Positions 37,601-49,600 of a stretch of 64,000 nucleotides of DNA are shown here, piece after piece (the stretch's first letter is position 1; each line of letters begins with the position of its first letter). The DNA is from Diadema antillarum (Eukaryota). Made by a program: the position numbers and the translations under genes. The notes beneath the pieces were generated by a model that made no database searches, was not told the origin of the DNA, and saw nothing but the letters and a program-made list of their open reading frames with translations. The stretch is taken from the NCBI RefSeq assembly GCF_040938485.1, contig NW_027271592.1, forward strand, positions 434,001 to 498,000, written 5' to 3'.

Positions 37601-40600
37601 TTTACCTTCTTTTGTTTTGTTTGCTTTTTGTCACAATGATGCAGTCTTATCCTGCGATATTTGTTCTTCAATCCAGGTTATATTTTCACTTTTACTTTGA
37701 TGATTGTAACGTGTAGGTATTTTTGCTGTAGATATTTGAGAAGAACCAAGAATTAGTTGGTTGTCCGATTCATTTAAGGAAAATGCGCACTTCTGAATCT
37801 GTTCTGGTGAAAAACCAAATTCCTTATATCACATTTAAAATCTACTTAATTCCTAGATATCTCCTGCTTATTATTGAATCAAAGAACTGAAAAATATCTA
37901 ATGTATTTTTGCTCATTCACTTGCTTGAAATCAGTCTTGCATATTGAACTCAACAAGAAGACAACCTCAATGTGTGCAAAGACTTATGAATGGTCTGAGC
38001 AAAGAGATAGAGAAGTCAGGCAAATTTGAAATTTTGTTTGTATTTTGTCCCTTCTGTGAATACTGTGCAGACATTATTTTTTCTTTCCATTTGTTCTCGA
38101 TTTTGCAGAACTTTCAAGTTGGCATGTACTCTTTGTACAGAATATATGAGCAGTGATCCATCAAATTAATCACATCAATCAAATTGCTAAAGTGCACTCC
38201 AATTGTAACGACACAGTTATAACAAAATTCTTGTTACAACAAAGTAAAATTTCAGGCCCTGAAAAATATCTATATATCCTTACGCGCTATACTGTTTGGC
38301 TATACCAATATTTTGATATCATGAAAGAAATCGACCATTCCCAAGAACTTTGTTGTAACAGAAGTGCACTGTATTGCAAAAACCGTGACTGTGAAATTTG
38401 TGTATCATTCATCTGTCCCATGTCCTCCTGACAAATTTGTTTCACACTTCACTTTTCAGATGGAAAGAAGTGTCAGACAAAGTCGCTGGTTGGCAGGGGA
38501 AGGCTTGGTGAGAAGAGTCCCAGGAGGGCACAGAATGGCTTCGTTCATACCAGACCACTAGCCTCTGACAAGATTGCCAGGACTCCCCTCAAGCATGTGG
38601 ATGGTCCCTTGAGAGAAATTGGAGATGCCATCGAGGTCTTGACAGAGGGACCTTGCAATGGGGCGGTGTCCAAAGAATCGGCATCCAGGACCAAAGGCAG
38701 CAGGCAGAACAGCACTACAAGAAGTCCGAAGACCACGATGAATGGTAGTCACAGGGGTGTGTCAACCAACCTTGGAGAGTCTGGGAGGAGGCCCAGGCGA
38801 TCGAGTGGTGTTAACTCAAAGTCTCCCAAGGGCAGGGGGAAGCAGTCCCCTAGTTTGAAGGGAAAGAGGAAGAAGATGGCAAAATTCTCAAAACGGGCCT
38901 CAACTCTTCAGATTACGATTCCTGTAGGAAAGGGAATGGGAGGAATTAAAAGTCCTCGAACCTTACAAAAGCAGGTAGACAAGCCATTCTTCACAGAAAA
39001 GATGGCCAGAAGTCCCCACAAAGAACTCACGGGCCCGCTAGAGAGATATGCCAATGCTATTGAGTACAATATAGCTCCCAGCTTTCAGTATGCCGAGGCA
39101 ATAAAACCCAAAAAGCGTCTACCTCTGGCAACAACTGCTTCATCAAGGACGGCCTCTATGGATGGTGGAAGGTCGTCACCCGAAAATGTGAAGAGAGATT
39201 TGTTTAGGCACAATTCAGTGAACCAAAGCTGTGATGTTCACGAGCAAAGTGATTCTCCGAGTATGGCGAGGTCAAGGAGGAACAGTGCCAGGTCAGTTGA
39301 AGATGGTGTCAGCAAACCCAGGAGACGAAGTAGTCAAAGGGATGAGAGCACTGCTTTGAAAGGCACAAATGTTTCGGATAGTCCAGGAAGACTTCGGAGG
39401 AGCAAGTCTCTGACGGCATCTGACGTATCACCACAAGGAGAGCCTTCAGCTTCAGACAAGTCCGTGAAGTTTGCAAGGCAGAGTTCATTATCAGCTGAAT
39501 CACCTGTAGCAAAGGCCTTGAGTGCAAGAAAACCATCTGATGATGACTTCAAGGTCATCCAATCTCCAGTGTCTTCAAGGAGAGGGTCAAAGTGTGGACA
39601 AGCAAATGTTAAGAAGAAACCAGCAACTGGAAAAGCTGCAAGGAAAATGTCGCAAGGTAAGAGATCGAGGAGAAGCTACTGCCAACATGAGGAGCAAAAG
39701 GAAGGAAGTGATCCCATGGAAAAACAGCTCAAAGCTCAAACCTCACCTCATTTTGCTGGCTGTGGCAGGAGTGGAAAGAAAAGCCCGAGGGGATCAGAAG
39801 CCAAAGATCGTGGAAAGCCGTTTGTGTCAGACAATATTATTCGCAGTCCTCACAAGCCCATGGAGGGACCCATAGCTGTTTACAATGATGCAATAGGATT
39901 TAAGATGGCCCCTAGATTTCAGTATGCAGAGTCTGTCAAACCAAAGCCCAAAGTGATCCTTTCTCCCATAGACATTTCAGCAATTGCATCAGTCAGCGTG
40001 TTGAAGAGCCCCAAGACCCGTGTAAGAAGTACGAGTACAGTTGCCAGCGGCTCAGCAGAGTCCAATACGTCCCCTGCCAAAGTTCCAGTGAGAAGAAGCT
40101 TGTCGGTGCCAAACAAAAATAATCCAAAACCCGGGAAAACCACAAGAGTCCGAACAAATACCAAGCGCTCATCTAAAGATTGCAAGTCAAGTCATGACCC
40201 TACTCTCATCATGGAGCAATCTTTTGTTTTCGATGCGGTTCCTCCTGCCAACTGTACACTGGGTAGAGGGCACATGGGCTCTAGGAGTCCAAAGGATTTG
40301 ACAAAGTCAGAGCCCATAAAGGACATACTGAGCTCATCAAAGTTGGCCAGGAGCCCTCTCAAAAATGTGCATATTCCTGATCACCAAGTTAGTCCTTGCC
40401 ATGACAAAGCAGCTGGGGAACTCTCAGAGTTCAAACACGGAAAGAAAAGAAGTGCCCAATCCCTAAGCAAGTCCAAAGCTCGCAAGAATATTCCTCAGTG
40501 GCTTGAAGCAGAATTCCCTGACAGAGCCAAAGTGAAAAGTGTTTCAACAAAGAGATCTAACAAAGTGGCAGGAGAGACTTCTGGTGGGACCAGGAATCAG

Positions 40601-43600
40601 AAAGAAGGAGTTGCACATGGGAGTGAGAAGGGGAGCAAGTCAAAAGTTAAACATGAGAAAGGGCTTGAAAAGAAAGGTAGGCAACAAGCACGAAGCAACG
40701 GAAAAACCAGCCAGAAGGATAAAGTGAGCAAAGCAGTCACAAACAAGAAGGGTAAGACTGAGGACAAAGTTGAGATTAAGCCCAAGAAAGGAAAAAAGCC
40801 ATCTCCTCTGCAGTTTGATCCTGTCTCAATGCCTTACGTGAAGCTCAATGCATCCAATCTGGTTAAGCTCAAGCTGTGCAAGGAGTTGAATCCTCAGCTT
40901 GTTCTCAGAAAGTTGTGTCTGGATGAAGAGAGCTGGGGTGAGGTCATCAGGAACGCCCTGTACCGAGACCTTGATCGGCAGGTGAAGAGGAAGCTCAGTG
41001 AGGAGAATGATCAGACGGATGCCAAGAGGGCACGCATGGATGACACACCCCCAGGATTAAGAGGAGTTCAGAGGGTGTCTCCACGAAAAGAACAACTTAA
41101 ATCTCGGATGGCGGCAAAAGAAGCCAAATACAAGGGGGCATTGCAGCCTTTCAGAAGATTTGATGTGCAACAGAAGAGGAGAACCAAAATTGTAGATGTG
41201 TTTGGTGGAGGTCCAGATAATAAAACTTGGAACTACGTTCCCCCAATTAAACCCCCTATCGAAGAAACAGCGCAGAATCCCATTATTGAAATCTGTGAGC
41301 CCGGCAAGGATGAGTCAAGAGATGTGATGTGGAGACTTGCCTGCTACTCCCCTCAACGTCCAGAACAGATAAGCTCTCCTCCAAGATGTTGGTCCCCACT
41401 TGGCAAAATTTCTGATGCAGAAGAGGAAGAGGTGGAGGAGGAACAGGAGCAGGAGGAGGATGACAAGAGGGAAGAAGAAGGCAAGCTAGCTGTTGAGACT
41501 ATTCCTGAAGAGGATATTGAAGAGGATATTGAAGAAGAGGTGAAGGGAGAGATAATGGAAGAAGTGGCCACTGATTCCACCAAGAAGGAGGAGACTGCTG
41601 CTCCTGGCCCTATTTCAGATAATGAAATGGACATCATTGAGAGAAATCTGGGACAAATATCAGACTTCAGCGTGTATGAGAAGATGCTCCAGGTGACCTC
41701 CGATGGCAAGGCCAACCAGCAAGAACCAAAGTCGAGACACGAAGAGTTCACGTTGGAGCACTTTCCCGAAGATGTCTCTGGGATCGATGACCACTTGCAT
41801 GGAAACTCAGATCTTGATGCAATATCCAATGAGTTTGCTAAACTGGATAAAACTGACCAGGTCCCTGGGAATCATGGCCACGTCATTGAGAGGTGTGGTA
41901 AGGAAAACCAGGAGCCGAACTTGCAAGGGCAGCTTAGGGAGCAGCCAAAGATTGCTCATGACTGGAGTCAAAGTGACACACACACCAGTGTGGACCTTCC
42001 TCCTCATCCTGTCCCTAGCAATGATGTACATCCACAGGGTCAGCACCAGCTCAATCACACAGGGATACCCCCAGTTCCTGGCAATGGTCCTCTTGTGGCG
42101 CAGAATGCTGTTCCTCAGGGGACATCTCACTCAAACACAAGTTCCCAGGTTGACAGTAATAGCTCACCTGGAATTGCTCCAGGACAGGGGAACCAGGCAT
42201 ACTTATCCGAGGTACAAATATCAAGATCTTCCTCATATGGCTCACACTCACAAGTCAAATCTCACTCTTACACAAATTCTCCAGAAGAAAGCAGCAACTC
42301 ACCCCAAATTACACCAGGGCAAAAGGCCCAGTCTTACTTCTCTGATGTGCAGATTTCAGCACCTTCCTCCTACAGCTCACACTCTCCTCAGTACCAGAGA
42401 ACAGACAGCAGCAACTCTGGCACATCTTCCAGCCAGTACCCTAGCCAGAGGCAAGATGCAGGATCTCAGGGAGCTCAGGAACCGACTTGTATACCAGAGA
42501 CAGATTCTGAGCACAGCAGTGACTGCAGTCCACCTCAGGTCCAGTACAGCATGAACCACTCAACACCACCTTACCAGAATGACCCTGTTAAAGAATCTGT
42601 CATGCCAACTGGAACCAGCAGGCAGAATGAGTCACTGTACTACCACAGCAATCTGCAGGCCAGCCAAAGCATGTATGAAATGTCTAATCATTCCTTCAAT
42701 CAGTCATCAGTCTATGGAGGGGAGAGACTAGTTGATCAGAGCCAAGGGTACAATCAGTCTGCCAACCATCTTCCGTATCCGTCCCCTGGAAGCAACCAGC
42801 GTCAGGGATATCCTCCCCCATACCCCTCCCCTCAACCCCCTTACCCCTCACCAAATCATCACCATCCTTCCACCCCGAATCAACACCACCCGCCAACTCC
42901 GAATCAGCACCACCCATCAACTCCAAATCAGCACCACCCATCCAACCATGAGCACCCTTCGCCATCTGGGCAGCCCCCCTACAGGGTGTCCTATCCACAG
43001 GCACCACACCCATACCCTGACAGTGGCACCACCGCCCCAGCAGCGAAACCAAAGATTTGGAGACCAGTTGCCATGCCTCCGACTGATTCCATGGTGCGGA
43101 GCAGTCTCCAGGAGTATGGCCTTCCAGAAGTTCACCATCAGTGTGCATACTGGGGAAATCCACAAGATCATGCAGGAAGGCAAAGGTATAACCAGGAAAA
43201 TGAGTTCCTAATATCATGTGCTATTAAAGGATAAAGTTTGAAGTGTTTGTTTAATATGTTGTACTTACACGAATTTTGCATGGAATTAGAAGTACTTCTA
43301 CAAGTATAATACTCGGTGTGTGTGATGTTCTCTGGGGTTGCAGCTAGGAAAACATGACTCTGTTCCCAGGCGTAGTCTCGGGGTTCAGAAATGAAATTCT
43401 CTTATATTGAAGTTTTATATAGCAGCTGCTTGATTCATACAATTAGGCCTTTATGTACATTTTTTTAATGTGTGTGTATATGTGGTTTTGTTTTGTTTGT
43501 TTTTTTGCAGGCATAGTCTGTTCTCAGTTTTCTGCAAAATGTCCTTTACGATAAGATATTCCAATCCAAAAGGATGCCAAGTCTCAAGAGAATATACTGT

Positions 43601-46600
43601 CGTATGTAATGTTCAGTACTCTCTGTGGCAACATCATACCTGTGGAGGAAAATAATGAAGAGCTTTCCTCTCTTTCACCTCAGGGAGGGACCCAGTCAAA
43701 CCCATGTGCAGAGCATGCTCCCGTCCACCTTGCAGCATGCAGAAACCCCTTGTGGCAACATGGGCCTGTCCCACTGGCAAACAGTTGTCCAGTCACAGGG
43801 GGATACTCCCACCTCTCAGGGTTATTCCACTGTGCACCAGGGGTACAACAGGGATGCTGTGTGGATGCCGTCCAGATATCCCCCTCCAAGGGATGCAGTG
43901 ACCAACTGGATGAATGAAAAGCAGCAGTGTGGGCAGAGGCACCACTTTGGTCATGAAGGGCCATCCTTGCCACAATACCAGCAACCTCAGCAACCTGATC
44001 AACACATTGTACAACCACCTCACCAGTCGCCAGGGCGGAGCATGCCACTTCTGCCATCTCATCACAATGGAAACTCACTGGGCGTTCCTACCAGCCCGTA
44101 TCCTGCTACTCCCAGCCAATCAAATACAAACAGTAATCTGAGGTATGCTGGGGAGAAAGGGATCTGTGGAACTGCCCAGGTAGGCAGAGCTGGTGGCAGC
44201 AATGCGCTGCAACCGCTGCCGCACAGTGACCAGCGGGTCTTGCAGTGCCAGCAGGAGTTGGCATCGCCAATTCAGCGTGTGCTAAATCCTGCCCACCAGC
44301 CCTCGTATCAAGTGCAGCAACATCCAGGGGACACTCCCAATCAGCAGTCCATCCCCGCAACTCAACAGCTGCAGCCACCTGCCCTCAAGGGTCCAGGGCA
44401 GGACAATAGCCAGGGCACTGCATCGCCTCATAGCAGTGATGCAAACAGTCACCCAACAGCAGGACAGGTGAATTGCACCGAGCCAACAGCTGCTATACAA
44501 TCTAACCCCAGCAGCAATCCCTCCACACCAACAACCGGACATCACTTAACCGCTCTGATGGCCGCTCCTCTTCAGGCAAGCGGGAGCACACCAAAGTCCA
44601 GCAGGCTGGCAGAGAGACCAGGGGATGGCAACACCCCTCCACTGTCGAGCACACCACTTCGTCCACTGACCAGTTTCCCACTGGCAGCCCCTCAGCCAGG
44701 CGTGACCCCAATAGCTTCGCAGAAACCTGGACCTTTTTCGGATGTGGCAAGACTGAAGAAAAATCCTAACCTTCCCAACACTCCAGCACAGGTAACAAAA
44801 AAAAAAAAATCTTCCCACTCCATGCTATAAAAGTCCAAAGATATTGGCGCAGCTCTAAAACTGAAATCCTGATCCTAAAGTGGTTGAATGTAATGTAAAT
44901 CTTCCACTGTGGGATGTGCTTTCCATTCCTTCTCTTTATTTTCCTGCACTCTGTGTCATTTTATTCTTTGACAGAATGAAATTGATTTGTGCATTCAAAA
45001 GAAAGTAGAAATATGTATTCCACCACTTCCTTACTCTGTTCATCATGGTTAAAGTTCTTTGAGTAAAGTGTCGTTGTAGGGCTTGTGGTGAAAGGTGCAG
45101 CAAAGTTCAGGGAATAGTATTCTTGGGAATGTTACAAACTCATCCTTCTAAAAACTGACAAATACATGCATCTTGTGTAGGCTCGTGTTTTCCTATATGA
45201 CTGTTCCAGCATTTGTTGTGATGCAAACATTTTGTTATTTTCTGTTTTCAGTGGGATAACATCACCTTGGGATGACTGTATTTTCACTTGTTAGTTGTTC
45301 TCTTTTGTACTTGCATTTCCTGGAATTATGTTGGTTTCAAAAAAGTAAGAATAAAAAAAAAACCAGCATAGATAAAGTCATATTGGGCTTATTTCAATGT
45401 AATATTTCTATTCAAAGAATTCAAAACATGTGCTTTATGTAAAATCTGAAAATTCCTATCTGTAGAAGATAGCAGGGAACCAAATTTTATGTCTGAATTG
45501 TCATCAGAAGTTACACAAATTCATTTTCCTGACTCCCATGTTTTCATCTCTCTCAGTCTTCACCCGTCACCCCTCTTCCGAAGAGGAAAGCACTCACCTC
45601 TCAGATCGAGGGCCCAACACCAAAGAACACGTACGGCTTCAAGGTCAGCCAGGGCAATGTCCAGGATGCAAAGGCCCTTCATGTGGTGAGTACAAGATGT
45701 CCAAGGTACAGTAGTCAGCACCATGGTAGCATTGCTTCAGTACACCAGCACTAGATGATATGTGTGGGACTGAGTGTGCTCTACCACATCTCCCTGAACA
45801 TGTCCATGTCTGACCATAATATTATGAAAATCACACTGATTTTATTTGATTTTAAAGTGATATGATGACCATGATCATCAGCGCTTCTCTTGTGTCTCAT
45901 TGATTAAAAAACAAAACAAAACGAGTATGATTGTGTGACTGACCTAAATTGTAGTTCAAGTTTGTATTAGGATTTGTCTCTTCCAAACAGTCTTGTTGTT
46001 ATTTAAATTGTCTTCTTGTAAAGGGAGTAACAACTTTTACCACCATGTGTTTCGTGCAGTCTTTGGGCTTTGTGGATACTCCAGTGGGGATTGATTTGTC
46101 AGTTGCAAGTTTTGTGACACTCTAGCTTTGGCTCTGAAATGCTTCAAAGGAATGCTACAGTGAAATGCATGCAATGATAAAAACATGCTTGTTCAGCATA
46201 CATTCCAATGATGAAGTGCCATGTTTATGTGTATTGTATTGCATGATTATCATTGCTGGTCTGTAACCTGTTGAGGACGAGTCCCAAGTATACTCGGGCA
46301 GGGGTCTATGGGAAATGTGTGTTGTAGCAAAATTAGCCTGTCCTCAACAGGTTCAGTAATATGGGATGAGTTGTATTGCAACAACATTTTATAGTAGCCA
46401 GCATCTGTTTTAACCTGGACTTGATTAAACACCAGGACCACACCCTTTTTGATCCCTAAATCTTCCATAAGGTACAACACGTGACCACTATGAGTCTCGA
46501 GATCCACACGCGCACCAGGAGGGACTACCACCCCGACCCTGACTTTGACCCCATCCGTGCCATCTTCTACTGCATCCACAAGGATGACCCCGGCGGTGGG

Positions 46601-49600
46601 AGCCCCCACAGCCCGGCCAAGGGTCATCACCACGGCAACCATCAAGGGGGCGACCAAAACGGGGACCACGGGGCCGGGGAAGATGGAAAGGGACAGGGAC
46701 GCCACCAGGTCGGCATGATCATGGTAGACCTCTCCAGACCGGGGTCGAAGGTCAACAATCCAGGCACAGCAGCAGCGACGGGGAACCCGACGGACTCGAC
46801 TGTTGTGACCCAGCGAGACTGGCTGGCAAGGTCAGGGGTGAGCGGGCTGGAGGTCACCTACGTTCAAGATGAGAAGGCCATGTTTGAGGAGTTTGTCAAG
46901 CTGGTCAGAAGGTTAGTTTCAAAAAAATGAGAGGGCTTAAAGTAAACACAAAACATTGGTACAATGCTCATGATCAATCAAGAGAACTCAGACACTGCTT
47001 CTTTTTAATCTCACTTCAAAATTTACATACAAGGTACATGGATGCAGAAATGAGCCACTTTTTCAAAATCTTGAAATTGCTGTTTCTTGAAATGTGTCCG
47101 TTGTTCCATACTCATCTTCATCTGCATATTTTTCTCAATTGCTATAATTATTTCTTTGTTTTTAGGTGCAGTTTCAGGGCAGCAAAGATTTGATTGATAA
47201 ATAGATATGTGTAAATCTGTAGACCTCACAACCCGAGTATATCAATCATTTTGTGTGCGTGTGTGTGACTACTTCACAAGAATGACCTACTATCTACGAG
47301 AGAATTACAGTGAGTTCAGTTACGTGTCTGGGGTCTGACTCTCCCAGACACAGAACCGATGGCTGTAAGTCTCCTCCAGTGATCCAGCAGTGTTTATTAA
47401 AGATACTACTGTGAGTCAAGAAGAGGAAATGACTGTAAGAGGAAGATTGTGGAGCAATGTTTATGCTGTTTATTTTCTGGAGGATTTTTTATCTTTTCTT
47501 CTTCTTTTTTTTTTGTAGGCATGATCCTGATATTTTGGCAGGATTTGAAATCCAGCAGCTGTCCTGGGGTTACCTCTTCCAGCGAGCCGCTTTCCTGGAG
47601 GTTCAGCTCTGTCAGCAGATATCAAGATTACCAGGTATGATATCACTGTCTTAAAGGGATAGTGGGGCCTATGGTTTTGGTTCAGATTAGGCTTCAGGTT
47701 TCCAACATTTTTTTAATGATAATTCTTTGATATAATGAAAAACCTCTTATGAAATATGAAAAAGCATGTAAATCCAAGAGGAATTCAAATTTTTTTTTGA
47801 TGAAAATTGGTTGTGTAATGGCTGAGATATCCAAAACAAAGTGATCCTAATAAAGGTGTTACCCATCTTTTATTAGGATTGCTTAATTCTTGGTTTTTGG
47901 ATATCTCAGCCATTTCAAAACCGATTTTCATCAGATAAGCTTTGAATTCCTCTTCTGGAATTGTATACTCTGTAACACTTCATAAAGTTGCTTCTAAGTA
48001 TCTCACAAAAAAATCAAAAGCTGAATCCTCACCTCATCCAGTACTACATATGTTTACCATCCCTTTAACCTCAATGATTGCAGCGAGAGTGTCATGTCCA
48101 CCCCCAAACTGATGCCGCTATTTTCTGATTTACACCTTAAACAAAGGGGTATTGCGAGCACAGTTGCTGCAAAACAATTCATGTACTCCCGCCCAGATTG
48201 GTCCAACTTTTGTGATGTTGCAGTAGGACAGTGTCTTCTTCACCTCAATGACTGCAACAAGGGTGTCATGTCAACCCTCAAACTGGTGCCGCTATTTTCT
48301 GATACGCACTTGAAACAAAGGAGTTTCAAATCAGCCATTGCAAGCAAAAATCTCAGCAGAGCAATTCATCTGCTTGTTCCGCCCAGATTGGTCCAACTTT
48401 CATGATGTTGCATTAGAACTTGAATTACTGATTAATCCGTATGCATGCACTGGACTTGTATTATAAAATGGGCTTTAGAATCTCTGCAATCTGATTGGTC
48501 AATTGTCATGCATTGATTTTTACTGATCCACACTGAGCCATGCGTCCGGTAGAATCCGAACGCATGGCCATGCGTCCGGTAAAATCCAAATGCATGGCTC
48601 AAGTCTTGTACAGTGTTGTAGGTGTAGCGCACGCATGATGGGGAAAATGGTCGTATTTCATGAATTTACGGACCCATTTTATAATACAAATGATGCACAG
48701 GCCTATTTCGTAGATCAGTGAGAATTGGATGCTCTCTTTTAACTTTGGAACAGTCTAAAACCCACTCGCTGCACTCGTGGGTTTAAACAGTTTCAAAGTT
48801 AAACTCACGCATCCAATTCTCACCGATCCACTCTGTCCTGTGCATCATTTGTATACTGTCACTGCCTGGCTATTTGTATATATTTCATCTCCTATAGTGA
48901 CCAGGGATGACATCTTATCGCACTTTGTATATAGTGAAAAAAGCGCTATAGAAATAACAAATCATTATTATTAATTGCAGGTATGATTTGAAAATAGCCA
49001 TTAGTTCAATAATAGGATAAGGTGTGTGTATGGTTCTCAAGCCAAAATTTTGGTTTCAAGCTGTGTTTCCAATCTACAAACCTTTTATGTGATAATCAAC
49101 CGATTGACCGTGGTGACTGGATGGGTCCTGTATATAGTCTATGGGAATTTCAGGGGCTTGGGGAAAATGTGTTCGACTAGAATTATCTGGTGAGTTATGT
49201 GGACAACACAATGGAAAGGACCAAAATCCAGCAATCTCAGCCACACCCAACCCCTTTTCTTCCCAAGGGGCCATTGCACCACCATCTACAACAGCCTCGT
49301 GCTGATGAAGGATGGTCTTGGTGCTCGAAAGTAGGCCCTATCCCTGTCGAGAGATACCAAACTTTTCATTGTGATCATGTGAACTCACAAATTTCATTGG
49401 TTCTCATGGCAGATGATCCTAGGGAGAGTCATTTTTCTGCCGACAAGGATGCGTATGGCGCCGATCACATGTCTGAGATAACCATCGCTGGGAGGATTGT
49501 TCTGAACCTGTGGAGGATTATCCGACACGAGGTGACCATTCAGAGCATGGACGCTTCTCTTTTCGAAATAGACTACGAATGNNNNNNNNNNNNNNNNNNN

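Noticed and set aside
38597-43234. Stand-alone 1545-aa novel gene
   Set aside because: It is REV3L exon 14 plus read-through; it has in-phase splice sites and a REV7-binding motif.
41703-44818. Overlapping alternative-frame and antisense ORFs (283, 173, 159 aa etc.)
   Set aside because: Expected shadows of a long low-complexity coding exon; no recognisable motifs.
43625-44830. Stand-alone 401-aa gene
   Set aside because: It is REV3L exon 15 with flanking intron.
49190-49412. In-frame 5' extension of exon 19
   Set aside because: A good acceptor exists at 49412, where REV3L similarity begins; the upstream peptide shows no homology.
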